Assembly: GCF_047159375.1 (NCBI RefSeq)
Contig: NZ_AP031381.1
Location: forward strand, 1-32,000
Length of the DNA: 32,000 nucleotides
Origin: Enterobacterales bacterium endosymbiont of Anomoneura mori
GTDB lineage: Bacteria > Pseudomonadota > Gammaproteobacteria > Enterobacterales > Enterobacteriaceae_A
Direction of reading: 5' to 3'
Both the position numbers and the translations under genes were made by a program. The stretch's first letter is position 1. Every line of letters starts with the position of its first letter. Of this stretch, positions 21,130-30,316 are shown piece by piece. Below the pieces are notes generated by a model. It saw only the letters and a list, made by a program, of their open reading frames with translations. It was not told the origin of the DNA and made no database searches.

Positions 21130-22404
21130 TCAAAAATAATTTTTTTTAATTAAAAATAAATTTTTTTTTAAAAATATTTTTTTATTTTTATTTAAATTTT
21201 GATTTATAATAATTAAATTATTTATACATTTTTTAATAATATTTATATTTAAAAAGAAAAAAGATTTTTTATATTCTAATAATAAAACTTTTTTAAAAAT
21301 ATGGTTTTTTTTATTTTTTTGTTTTTTAAATAATATATTTAAAAAAATAATTTCAATACCTATCTTCTTATTTGGTGAATATATTAAATTTTTTCTTCCA
21401 TTTATAAAATATTGATAATATTTTTTAATTTCATTTTTAGAAAAATTTTTTGATAATTTTAATAAACGATTTTTAATATTTATATATTTTTCATCAATAA
21501 TATTTTTATTTATTATTTTTATAATATATAAATTATGTAATAACATTAAAATTTCAATTAATAAATAATCCCAATCTATATTAATTAAATGTAATTGTGA
21601 AATTTTTTCTATAATTTTATTTCCATCATTTTTATAAATTAATTCTAATAAATATATAAAATTTTCATTATCTAAATATCCTAACATATTATTTACTATA
21701 TTATAATTTATTATACCATTTCCCATTGCAATTGCTTGATCAGTTAACGTTAAAGCATCTCTCATACTACCATTTGCAGCAGATGATATAATTTTTAATG
21801 AATCATGATCAAATTTAATTTTTTCAAATTTTAAAATTTTTTTTAATTGATTATAAATTAATTTTTTATTTATTGTATTTAAATGAAATTTAAAACAACG
21901 TGATAAAATTGTTTCAGGTATTTTATTAATTTCAGTTGTTGCTAATAAAAATTTTACATGTTTTGGAGGTTCTTCTAGTGTTTTTAATAAAACATTAAAA
22001 CTACCTTTTGAAAGCATATGAAATTCATCTATAATATAAATTTTATAATTACCTTGAATAGGAGTATAATATATATTTTCTAACAATTCACGTGTATCTT
22101 CTATTTTAGTTTTTGAAGCAGCATCAATTTCAATGAGATCAATAAAATCACCTTTATCAATTTGTTTACAATTATTACATGTACCACACGATTTATATAA
22201 AATATTATTTTTACAATTTAAACTTTTTGCTAATAATCTAGCAATTGTAGTTTTTCCAACACCTCTTATACCATAAAAAATATAAGCATGATGTAAACGA
22301 TTTAATAAAAAACTATTTATTAAAGATATAATTACATGATTTTGTCCTATTACTTCTTTAAAAAAATTTGGTCTCCATTTTTTTGCAAGAACTTTATCAT
22401 TCAT
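21130..22404 (-). CDS. dnaX: DNA polymerase III clamp-loader subunit DnaX (gamma-length; tau-specific C-terminal domains not evident)
   Basis: 424 aa. AKKWRP..F.EV.GQ.HV, Walker A GIRGVGKTT, Zn module C....SCGTCNNC, DEFHMLS, LKTLEEPP.HVKF.LATTE and the sensor SRC motif (LSRCF.F). It is the only CDS in the window ending in TGA (21132-21130). Confidence 0.92.
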   Translation of the reverse strand: MNDKVLAKKWRPNFFKEVIGQNHVIISLINSFLLNRLHHAYIFYGIRGVGKTTIARLLAKSLNCKNNILYKSCGTCNNCKQIDKGDFIDLIEIDAASKTKIEDTRELLENIYYTPIQGNYKIYIIDEFHMLSKGSFNVLLKTLEEPPKHVKFLLATTEINKIPETILSRCFKFHLNTINKKLIYNQLKKILKFEKIKFDHDSLKIISSAANGSMRDALTLTDQAIAMGNGIINYNIVNNMLGYLDNENFIYLLELIYKNDGNKIIEKISQLHLINIDWDYLLIEILMLLHNLYIIKIINKNIIDEKYINIKNRLLKLSKNFSKNEIKKYYQYFINGRKNLIYSPNKKIGIEIIFLNILFKKQKNKKNHIFKKVLLLEYKKSFFFLNINIIKKCINNLIIINQNLNKNKKIFLKKNLFLIKKNYF

Positions 22405-22578
22405 TTTTTTTAAATATAATTAATAAATAAATTAATAATAATTTAAAAATAAATATTTTTTAATTTTAAAAAAAATAAAATATTTTAAATATTTAATTTT
22501 AAAAAAAAATAATTAAAAATAATAATATTAAATATTATTAATTATTAAATATTAAATATTAAAAGTTATAATTTAAAA

Positions 22579-24420
22579 TTAAATATTATTTTTAATTTTG
22601 TTAAAATTACGATTTATACGTTTTCTTTCATTTTCTTTTAAATATTTTTTACGTATTCTAATAGATTTAGGAGTTATTTCAATTAATTCGTCATTTTCAA
22701 TAAATTGGAGTGCTTTTTCTAAAGTCATTTTAATAGGTGAAATTAATGTAATAGCATCATCTGAACCAGATGCACGTAAATTTGTTAATTTTTTTCCTGT
22801 AATACAATTTACAGTCAAATCATTTGGACGAGAACTTATACCAATTATTTGTCCTTCATAAACTTTTTCTCCATGATTTATAAATAATTTACCACGATTT
22901 TGTAAATTAAATAATGCAAAAGCAACAGCTTTACCTTGATTATTAGATATTAATACACCATTAGATCTTTTATTTATTATTTTTTCACAAATATTATCAT
23001 AATGACTAAACGCAGAATGTATTAATCCTGTACCATTTGTTAAAGTTATAAAATCAGATCTAAAACCTATTAAATTATTAGATGAAATTAAATATTCTAA
23101 TCTAACTAATTCTTTAGTATATTGTATTATATTTTTTAAAATTCCTTTTTTTTTACCTAAAATTTTTATAATTATTCCTTGATATTGTTTTTTTATATCT
23201 AATATTAAATTTTCATATGGTTCTTTAATAATATTATTTATTTTTTTTGTTATAATAGTAGGTCTAGATACAGATAATTCAAAACCTTCTCTTCTCATAT
23301 TTTCAATTAAAATTGATAAATGTAATTCACCACGTCCAGAAACACAAAAAATATTAGTATCTTTTGTTTCTTCTATTTTTAATGATACATTATTTAATGT
23401 TTCTTTTTTTAAACGTTTTAATATTTGTCTTGAAGTTACATATTTTCCTTCTTTACCACTAAAAGGTGAATCATTTACGTTAAAAAACATAGTTATAGTA
23501 GGTTCTTCAACATAAAGTGGTTGAATTGGTTTAATATTATCTATATCACATATAGTATCAGAAATATTAAGTTTTCCTATACCAGAAATTGCTACTATAT
23601 CACCTGAATTTGCAGATTTTACTTCAATACGTTCTAAACCTAAATAAATAAGTATTTTTAATATTTTTTCGTTTCTTATAATTCCTTTTTTATTAATTAC
23701 AATAATTGGTTTGTTTAAATATATTTTTCCACTTTTAATTCTTCCAATACCTATAGTACCTAAATAATTATTATATTCTAATTGAGAAATTTGCATTCTA
23801 AATTTTTTATTAATATTATTTATAGGTGGTTTAACATTTTTTATAATTGTTTTTAATAATGGTATCATATTATTTTCCATTTTTTTATAATCAGTACCAG
23901 AAGAACCATTAATAGCAGATGTATAAATAATTGGAAAATCTAATTGTTCATCACTAGCATTTAAATTAACAAATAAATCAAAAGTTTTATTTAATACCCA
24001 ATCAGGACGTGCTCCAAATCTATCTATTTTATTAATAACAAGTATTATTTTTAAACCATTTAAAAGAGCTTTATTTGTTACAAAACGAGTTTGTGGCATA
24101 GGTCCTTCTAGAGCATCAACAATTAAAATTGCTGCATCAACCATTGACATAATTCGTTCAACTTCACCTCCAAAATCTGCATGTCCTGGAGTATCAATAA
24201 TATTTATACGATATCCATTCCATAATATAGAAGTATTTTTAGAAATAATAGTAATACCACGTTCTTTTTCTAATTCATTAGAATCCATAACTCTTTTATT
24301 AAAATTGTTTTCTTTAATCATTCCAGTTTGTTGTAATAATTTATCTATTAAAGTTGTTTTACCATGATCAATATGTGCTATAATAGCTATATTTCTAATT
24401 TTTTTATTCATTATATCCAT
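22579..24420 (-). CDS. typA: Ribosome-associated translational GTPase BipA/TypA
   Basis: 613 aa. IRNIAIIAHIDHGKTTLIDKLLQQ, RVMDSNELEKERGITI, DTPGHADFGGEVER, GPMPQTRFV, NKIDR.GARPDWV and DEQLDFPI.Y.SA.NG are nearly identical in layout to E. coli BipA. The second in-frame ATG at 24411 (MNKKIRNIAII) matches the E. coli N-terminal length better and is an alternative start. Confidence 0.95.
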   Translation of the reverse strand: MDIMNKKIRNIAIIAHIDHGKTTLIDKLLQQTGMIKENNFNKRVMDSNELEKERGITIISKNTSILWNGYRINIIDTPGHADFGGEVERIMSMVDAAILIVDALEGPMPQTRFVTNKALLNGLKIILVINKIDRFGARPDWVLNKTFDLFVNLNASDEQLDFPIIYTSAINGSSGTDYKKMENNMIPLLKTIIKNVKPPINNINKKFRMQISQLEYNNYLGTIGIGRIKSGKIYLNKPIIVINKKGIIRNEKILKILIYLGLERIEVKSANSGDIVAISGIGKLNISDTICDIDNIKPIQPLYVEEPTITMFFNVNDSPFSGKEGKYVTSRQILKRLKKETLNNVSLKIEETKDTNIFCVSGRGELHLSILIENMRREGFELSVSRPTIITKKINNIIKEPYENLILDIKKQYQGIIIKILGKKKGILKNIIQYTKELVRLEYLISSNNLIGFRSDFITLTNGTGLIHSAFSHYDNICEKIINKRSNGVLISNNQGKAVAFALFNLQNRGKLFINHGEKVYEGQIIGISSRPNDLTVNCITGKKLTNLRASGSDDAITLISPIKMTLEKALQFIENDELIEITPKSIRIRKKYLKENERKRINRNFNKIKNNI

Positions 24421-24567
24421 TTTAAATTTAATTTTATTTTTTAATATTTATATAATAGTTATAACTTTAAATGAATTTATAAATACTTATAATTATAATA
24501 TTTTATTAATATTTAAAATAATTTATTTAGATATTTTTATTAATATAATTAATATAAATAAAATAAA

Positions 24568-25989
24568 ATGAATAATTTAATAAAAACTCAAGTTGTGGTA
24601 ATAGGATCAGGTCCAGCAGGTTATTCATCAGCCTTTCGTTGTGCTGATTTAGGTTTTAAAACTATTTTAATAGAAAAATATTTAAATTTAGGAGGTGTAT
24701 GTTTAAATGTTGGATGTATACCTTCAAAATTTTTATTATATATATCAAAAATTATTGAAGAAATTAAAAAATTATCTAAAAAAGGTATTATATTATGTGA
24801 ATTCAAAAATAATATAAATAAAATATGTGAATGGAAAAATAATATAATTAAAAAATTAAATTTAGGTATTTTAAATTTATCTAAAATTCGAAATATTAAA
24901 ATTATTAATGGAATTGCAAAATTTAAAAATATAAATTCAATAATTATTAAAAAAAATGATAAAAAAATTATAATTAATTTTGATTATGCAATTATTGCAA
25001 CTGGTTCAAGACCTATTAAATTACCATTTTATAAAAAAAAAAATTCAATTATTTGGGATTCAAATGATGCGTTAAAATTATTAGAAATACCATCAAAATT
25101 ATTAATTATAGGATGTGGAATAATTGGTTTAGAAATGGCTTACATATATAGTTCATTAGGTTCAAAAGTAGATATAATTGAATTAAATGATCAAATAATT
25201 CCTGAAATTGATAATGATATTGCAAAAATTTTATATAATATTATTTGTAAAAAAAGTAAAATAATGTTAAATACTACTATTAAAGAAATTAAAATTATAA
25301 ATAATTTAGCTTATGTTGAAATTAATAACAAAGAATATATTAAAAAAAAAATATATAATAAAATATTAATTGCAATTGGTCGTAAACCTAATACAGATAA
25401 TATAAATATTAATGAAATTGGTATTAAAACAGATAAAAATGGTTTTATATTAGTTAATAATCAATTAAAAACTAATATTAAAAATATTTTTGCAATTGGA
25501 GATGTAACAGGACAGCCTATGTTAGCTCATAAAGGAATACAAGAAGGACATATTGTAGCATCAGTAATTTCTGGAAATAAAAAAATTATATTTGAAAAAA
25601 AAAATATTCCTTCAATAATTTATACAGATCCAGAAGTTGCATGGGTTGGAATAACAGAAAAAATAGCTAAAAAAAAAAATATAAAATATAAAGTTTCTGT
25701 ATTTCCATGGTCAGTTTTAGGTCGTGCAATTATTTCAGATTCTCATGAAGGTATTACAAAATTAATTTTTGAAAGTAAAACAAATAGAATAATTGGTGGA
25801 ATAATTATTGGAACTCACGGTGGAGAATTATTAGGTGAAATTAGTTTAGCTATAGAAATGGGAAGTTATGCCGAAGATATTGCTTTAACTATTCATGCAC
25901 ATCCAACATTAAATGAATCTATTAAATTAGCATCAGAACTATATTTAGGCACAATTACTGATCTAACAAATAATTTTAAAAAAAATTAA
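24568..25989 (+). CDS. lpdA: Dihydrolipoyl dehydrogenase (E3 component)
   Basis: 473 aa. [25 protein letters not shown], redox-active disulfide GGVCLNVGCIPSK, AIGD..GQPMLAHKG..EGH and the C-terminal HAHPTLNES are colinear with E. coli Lpd. Confidence 0.96.
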   Translation: MNNLIKTQVVVIGSGPAGYSSAFRCADLGFKTILIEKYLNLGGVCLNVGCIPSKFLLYISKIIEEIKKLSKKGIILCEFKNNINKICEWKNNIIKKLNLGILNLSKIRNIKIINGIAKFKNINSIIIKKNDKKIIINFDYAIIATGSRPIKLPFYKKKNSIIWDSNDALKLLEIPSKLLIIGCGIIGLEMAYIYSSLGSKVDIIELNDQIIPEIDNDIAKILYNIICKKSKIMLNTTIKEIKIINNLAYVEINNKEYIKKKIYNKILIAIGRKPNTDNININEIGIKTDKNGFILVNNQLKTNIKNIFAIGDVTGQPMLAHKGIQEGHIVASVISGNKKIIFEKKNIPSIIYTDPEVAWVGITEKIAKKKNIKYKVSVFPWSVLGRAIISDSHEGITKLIFESKTNRIIGGIIIGTHGGELLGEISLAIEMGSYAEDIALTIHAHPTLNESIKLASELYLGTITDLTNNFKKN

Positions 25990-25992
25990 AAA

Positions 25993-26021
25993 TTGATTAA
26001 TTTTTATTTATATAATAATAA
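25993..26021 (+). promoter_or_regulatory. Candidate promoter for the tRNA-His/tRNA-Pro pair
   Basis: TTGATT (25993-25998), a 17-nt spacer, then TAATAA (26016-26021), ending 7 nt before the first tRNA-His base (26029). This is weak evidence in this composition. Confidence 0.25.
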
Positions 26022-26028
26022 TTTTATT

Positions 26029-26102
26029 GGTGGCTATAACTCAGTTGGTAGAGTACTGGATTGTGGTTCCAGATGTCATGGGTTCAATTCCCATTAGCCA
26101 CC
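26029..26102 (+). tRNA. hisR: tRNA-His (anticodon GTG) with genome-encoded G-1; no encoded 3' CCA
   Basis: Cloverleaf folded by hand. G-1 (26029) lies opposite discriminator C (26102). Acceptor GTGGCTA/TAGCCAC. D arm ACTC-AGTTGGTA-GAGT. Anticodon arm CTGGA-TTGTGGT-TCCAG with GTG at 26063-26065. T arm ATGGG-TTCAATT-CCCAT. Very close to E. coli hisR as I recall it. It is followed by TTA, not CCA. Confidence 0.95.
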
Positions 26103-26137
26103 TTATTAATTTGTTAATATTAATTAAATATATAAAA

Positions 26138-26211
26138 CGGTGAGTAGCGCAGCTTGGTAGCGTAACTGGTTTGGGACTAGTGGGTCGGAGGTTCAAATCC
26201 TCCCTCGCCGA
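26138..26211 (+). tRNA. proM: tRNA-Pro (anticodon TGG); no encoded 3' CCA
   Basis: Acceptor CGGTGAG/CTCGCCG (one G:U pair). D arm GCGC-AGCTTGGTA-GCGT. Anticodon arm ACTGG-TTTGGGA-CTAGT with TGG at 26172-26174 and G37. T arm GGAGG-TTCAAAT-CCTCC. Discriminator A at 26211. Resembles E. coli proM. It is followed by TTT, not CCA. Confidence 0.95.
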
Positions 26212-26217
26212 TTTATA

Positions 26218-26583
26218 TTAATTTTTTAAAATATTAATTATTTTTTTTACTCTTTCAATTAATATTAAAAAAGTTTTTTTATCAAAAATTGCAATTTCAG
26301 AAAGTATTTTACGATTAATATTTATTGATAATTTTTTTAATCCATTAATAAATTTACTATATGAAATATATTTTTTAACAGCTGCATTAATTCTTATTAT
26401 CCATAATCTACGAAATATTCTTTTACATTGTCTTCTATCACGATATGAATATTGTCCAGATTTAATAATTGCTTGATTAACTACTCTATATACTCTAGAT
26501 CTAGCACCATAATATCCTTTTGCTTGTTTAATATATTTTTTATGTCTTGAATGTGATATAACACCACGTTTTACACGTGTCAT
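26218..26583 (-). CDS. rplT: 50S ribosomal protein L20
   Basis: 121 aa. M.RVKRGV...[45 protein letters not shown] and [11 protein letters not shown] are nearly identical in pattern to E. coli L20. AAGGA SD at 26594-26590. Confidence 0.98.
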   Translation of the reverse strand: MTRVKRGVISHSRHKKYIKQAKGYYGARSRVYRVVNQAIIKSGQYSYRDRRQCKRIFRRLWIIRINAAVKKYISYSKFINGLKKLSININRKILSEIAIFDKKTFLILIERVKKIINILKN

Positions 26584-26623
26584 TAAATTTCCTTATTATT
26601 ATAAAAATTTATTTTATAAAAAA

Positions 26624-26818
26624 TTATAAATATGGTAAACATGAATTTATTGAAAATAAATCTTTTTTTGAAACCGTATTTTTAATACGTAAATGTCGTT
26701 TACGTTTTGAAGTTTTTTTTGTAAGTATATGTTTAAGATTAGCTTTTTTTTTTTTAAAATTATTATTTCTTTTTTTAAAACGTTTATAAGCACTTCTAAT
26801 AGTTTTTATTTTTAACAT
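26624..26818 (-). CDS. rpmI: 50S ribosomal protein L35
   Basis: 64 aa. M.KIKT.R.A.KRFKK......ANL.HILTKK..KRKRHLR.K..VSK.DL....CLPY matches E. coli L35. Lies between infC and rplT as in the conserved operon. Confidence 0.97.
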   Translation of the reverse strand: MLKIKTIRSAYKRFKKRNNNFKKKKANLKHILTKKTSKRKRHLRIKNTVSKKDLFSINSCLPYL

Positions 26819-26841
26819 TTTAAAATTTATTTTAAAAAATT

Positions 26842-27387
26842 TTAATTTTTATTATTTTTAAAAGAAATTATCATTATCATTTGACGATTTTCAATTTCTT
26901 TTGATAAAAAATCAATATTTACTATATTTAAATTTTCATTAATATTTTTTTTAATACGGTTTAAAATTTCAATACCTAAATGTTTATGATTAATTTCTCT
27001 ACCTTTGAACTTTAAAGAAATTTTAATTTTATTACCTTTTTTTAAAAAATTAATAATTTTTTTAATTTTTATATTATAATCATTACTATTAGTTACTGGT
27101 CTAAAATTAATTTCTTTAATTTGTATTATTTTTTGTTTCTTTTTATTTTTTTTAACTAATTTTTTTTTTTTATACATATATTTATTATAATCCATTAATT
27201 TACAAATTGGAGGATTAAAATTAGAATTAATTTCTACTAAATCAAGTTTTTTTTCTTTTGATTTAATTAAAGCATCTTTTAAATTAAATATTCCAATAAA
27301 TTTTCCATTACTATCATTTAATCTAATTTTATCTGCTTTTATTTTATCATTTATATTATTAAAAGTTATTTTTTTTTTATTTTTAAT
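26842..27387 (-). CDS. infC: Translation initiation factor IF-3, with proposed non-canonical ATT (AUU) start
   Basis: The track ORF (26842-27195, 117 aa) covers only the linker and C-domain (MDYNKY...FRP.T...DY..K......FL..G.K.K..L.F.GRE..H...G...L.R). The same frame stays open upstream to a TAA at 27408-27406. That stretch encodes [54 protein letters not shown], colinear with the E. coli IF3 N-domain. It contains no ATG/GTG/TTG. ATT at 27387-27385 is preceded by AAGGA (27398-27394) at 6-nt spacing and gives 181 aa, against 180 in E. coli, whose infC also starts with AUU. Confidence 0.85.
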   Translation of the reverse strand: MKNKKKITFNNINDKIKADKIRLNDSNGKFIGIFNLKDALIKSKEKKLDLVEINSNFNPPICKLMDYNKYMYKKKKLVKKNKKKQKIIQIKEINFRPVTNSNDYNIKIKKIINFLKKGNKIKISLKFKGREINHKHLGIEILNRIKKNINENLNIVNIDFLSKEIENRQMIMIISFKNNKN

Positions 27388-27462
27388 ATTATTTCCTTTT
27401 TTATTTTAAAAAATTTAAAATATAAAAAATATATTTTTTTTTTTAATTAATTTTAAAAAAAA

Positions 27463-28413
27463 TTATAAAATATTTTCAAGATATTTTTCAGCATCTATTG
27501 CTGCCATACATCCAGTAGCTGCAGAAGTTATTGCTTGTCTATAATATTGATCCATAACATCACCTGCAGCAAATATTCCAGAAATATTTGTTTGAGTTTT
27601 ATTAAATTCTGTATTTTTAACTTTTATAAATCCATTTATTAAATTTAATTGATTTTTAAAAATATCTGTATTTGGTTTATGACCTATTGCTATAAAAATT
27701 CCATCAACTAAAAAATTTTTTAAAATTTTATTTTTAATATTTTTTATTATTATCCCTGTTACTCCTGTTTTATTACCATAAATTTCTTCTACAATATAAT
27801 TAGTATATATAAAAATATTTTTTTTTTTTTGTTTTTCTTTAAGTCTATTAATTAAAATTTTTTCTGCTTTAAATTTTTCACTACGGTGAATTAAATAAAC
27901 TTTTTTAGCAATATTTGATAAATATAATGTTTCTTCAATTGCAGTATTACCTCCTCCTACTACAACTACTGTTTTATTTTTATATATAAATCCATCACAT
28001 GTTGCACAAGTAGAAACCCCTTTTCCTTTAAAATTAGTTTCAGAAGGAATATTTAAATATTTAGCTGTTGCACCAGTTGCTATTATTAATGAATCACAAG
28101 AATATTTATAATATTCACCAAATAAAATAAATGGATTATTTTTTAAATTAGTATCTTTAATATAATCAAAAATAATATTAGTATTAAATTTTTCTGCATG
28201 TTTTTTCATACGTTCCATTAATTTTTTTCCTGTTAAATTATTTTTATTTCCAGGCCAATTTTCAATTTTTTCAGTTGTTGTTAATTGTCCACCTATTTCT
28301 AAACCAGTAATTAATAATGGTTTTAAATTTGCACGTGCACTATATATTGCAGCTGTATAACCAGCTGGGCCAGAACCAATTATTATTAATTTATTATGTT
28401 TAGTTTTTAACAT
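27463..28413 (-). CDS. trxB: Thioredoxin reductase
   Basis: 316 aa. [27 protein letters not shown]...GGQLTTT...ENWPG, active site CATCDG, GGGNTA.EE.LYLSNIA, and [22 protein letters not shown] are colinear with E. coli TrxB. Confidence 0.96.
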   Translation of the reverse strand: MLKTKHNKLIIIGSGPAGYTAAIYSARANLKPLLITGLEIGGQLTTTEKIENWPGNKNNLTGKKLMERMKKHAEKFNTNIIFDYIKDTNLKNNPFILFGEYYKYSCDSLIIATGATAKYLNIPSETNFKGKGVSTCATCDGFIYKNKTVVVVGGGNTAIEETLYLSNIAKKVYLIHRSEKFKAEKILINRLKEKQKKKNIFIYTNYIVEEIYGNKTGVTGIIIKNIKNKILKNFLVDGIFIAIGHKPNTDIFKNQLNLINGFIKVKNTEFNKTQTNISGIFAAGDVMDQYYRQAITSAATGCMAAIDAEKYLENIL

Positions 28414-28639
28414 TTTTTTTTAAAAAATTAATTAATAAAAATATAAAATATTTTTAAAAAAAATTATTAATAATATAAATTATTATAAAATTTAATATTT
28501 TTAAAAATATTATTTAAAATATAAAAAAAATATATTTTAAAATATTATAATAAATTTTAATTTTAATATTTTTAAAAATTTAAAAATTTTTTAATTAATA
28601 TTTTTATTAATTAAATAATTTAATTTTTTTAATAAATAA

Positions 28640-29464
28640 TTAAATTCCTAAAATACCTAATTTATAACTAATTATACTTATTAAAAAAAATATTAATATT
28701 ATATAAAGTGCATTAACTTTTTTTAAAAACCACATACAAAAAAATGTTAATAATAAAGGTATTAAACCTGGCATTAATTGATCTAAAATATTTTGTAATG
28801 TTGTAATTTTAATATTATCAGAAGAATCTTTAATTTTAGAAATTACAATAGGTATATTAATATGTGTCCATTTGTTTACTAATGCTCCCATAACAAATAA
28901 ACCTAAAATTGAAGTACCTTCAGTAATTTTTTTTAATACTCCATCACTAATATCTTTTATTATATTAATTCCTTTTTTATATCCATAAAAAATTCCAAAA
29001 TATCGAGTTGTTAATCTAATTAAATTAAAAGAAAAAAAAAAAATTAAAGGACCTAATAAACTACCATTCATTGCTAATCCAGCACCTAAAGCTGAAAAAA
29101 TTGGACGTATTGTACCCCAAAAAATAGGATCTCCAATTCCTGCTAAAGGACCCATTAAACCAATTTTAACATTGTTTATAGCAACTTGATTAATATTAGC
29201 ACCATTAATTTTTTGTTCTTCTAATGCTAATACTACACCAATTATAGGAGCTGCAATATATGGATGAGTATTAAAAAATTCAAGATGTCTTAAAATTACT
29301 TCTTTTCTTTCATTTGATTTTTTAGGATATAATTTACGTATAGCAGGAATAATTGTAAAACAAAAACCTAAAGCCTGCATACGTTCAAAATTCCATGATC
29401 CTTGAAATAAATTTGAACGTATAATAACTTTATTGATATCTATAAAAGTAAGTTTTTTTTTCAT
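28640..29464 (-). CDS. manZ: PTS mannose-family transporter subunit IID
   Basis: 274 aa. RSNLFQGSWNFERMQALGFCF, HLEFFNT.P, GLMGPLAG.GDPIFWGT.RP, LGLFVMGALVNKWTH.NIP and ILDQLMPGL.PLLLTF are nearly identical in layout to E. coli ManZ. Confidence 0.96.
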   Translation of the reverse strand: MKKKLTFIDINKVIIRSNLFQGSWNFERMQALGFCFTIIPAIRKLYPKKSNERKEVILRHLEFFNTHPYIAAPIIGVVLALEEQKINGANINQVAINNVKIGLMGPLAGIGDPIFWGTIRPIFSALGAGLAMNGSLLGPLIFFFSFNLIRLTTRYFGIFYGYKKGINIIKDISDGVLKKITEGTSILGLFVMGALVNKWTHINIPIVISKIKDSSDNIKITTLQNILDQLMPGLIPLLLTFFCMWFLKKVNALYIILIFFLISIISYKLGILGI

Positions 29465-29478
29465 TAAAAAAATTACCT

Positions 29479-30279
29479 TTAATCTAATTCATTATCAATT
29501 TCTTTTTTATTGTTTTTATTATTATATTCACAAATATGTTTATAATATTTTGGATTTAATTGTATATATATAATAGCTATTACTATACCAATAATTCCTA
29601 ATGCTACTAAATTAAAATTTGTAAAAGCAGCTATTACAAAACCAGCATAAAAAAAAGGCATTAAATATTTTGCGCTCATCATATTAATTACCATAGCATA
29701 CCCAATAACAACAATAATACCTCCTGAAATATTTAAACCTGTTGTAATACTTTCTGGAATTGAATTTAATATATTATTAATAATAGGAGATTTTATTGAA
29801 AATATAAAAAAAATTGAAGGTATTGCAATTCTCATACCTTGCATAATTAATGCAATAATATGTAATATACTAATTATTTTTAAATTATTTTTTTTAGCTG
29901 CATTATCAGCTAAATGTTGAATAAATATTGTAAAAGTACGTATAATAATAGTAAGTACTTGGCCAGTTGCAGCAATTGGAATTGCTAATGCTATACCAGA
30001 ACCAATTTTTTGACCACCTAAAATAACTAAAATAGTAGATATAATTGAAGCTAATGCAACATCAGGAGCAACGGCAGCTCCAACATTCATCCAACCTAAT
30101 GATATCATTTCTAATGTACCACCAATTGTAAATCCTGTTTTAATATCATTTAATATATATCCAATTAATGTACATGCAATTAAAGGTCTGTGAAATTGAA
30201 ATTCATCTAATATAGAATCCATACCAATAATTAAAAAAATAATAAATAATAAAAAAAATTGAAATTTATTAATTTCCAT
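29479..30279 (-). CDS. manY: PTS mannose-family transporter subunit IIC
   Basis: 266 aa polytopic membrane protein of E. coli ManY length. Sits between manX and manZ, with 14-bp and 37-bp spacers. Typical IIC-Man segments (e.g. GWMNVGAAVAPD, LADNAAKK). Confidence 0.9.
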   Translation of the reverse strand: MEINKFQFFLLFIIFLIIGMDSILDEFQFHRPLIACTLIGYILNDIKTGFTIGGTLEMISLGWMNVGAAVAPDVALASIISTILVILGGQKIGSGIALAIPIAATGQVLTIIIRTFTIFIQHLADNAAKKNNLKIISILHIIALIMQGMRIAIPSIFFIFSIKSPIINNILNSIPESITTGLNISGGIIVVIGYAMVINMMSAKYLMPFFYAGFVIAAFTNFNLVALGIIGIVIAIIYIQLNPKYYKHICEYNNKNNKKEIDNELD

Positions 30280-30316
30280 ATATTTTCCAATTTTATTTTA
30301 AAATATATAAAATATT

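Noticed and set aside
21130-21330. Programmed -1 frameshift site (A AAA AAG type) in dnaX
   Set aside because: An AAAAAAG string occurs in the 3' part of dnaX on the coding strand, at about 21288-21294. It is not in the XXA AAA AAG register, no downstream hairpin is visible, and the zero-frame product is already gamma-sized. A-rich heptamers are ubiquitous here.
22598-22861. 87-aa ORF on the plus strand
   Set aside because: Antisense within the 3' end of typA, with no independent support.
24457-24466. 10-bp palindrome AGTTATAACT in the divergent typA/lpdA spacer, a possible operator
   Set aside because: It is short and matches no binding-site consensus I know (e.g. it is not PdhR-like). No candidate regulator is visible, so chance cannot be excluded.
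24621-24806. 61-aa ORF on the minus strand
   Set aside because: Antisense within the 5' end of lpdA, with no independent support.
26577-26789. 70-aa ORF on the plus strand
   Set aside because: Antisense to the rplT start, the rpmI-rplT spacer and rpmI. It is a shadow ORF.
28494-28511. 18-bp perfect palindrome AATATTTTTAAAAATATT in the trxB-manZ spacer
   Set aside because: It is pure A/T sequence. Palindromes of this size are expected by chance when only two complementary letters are used.
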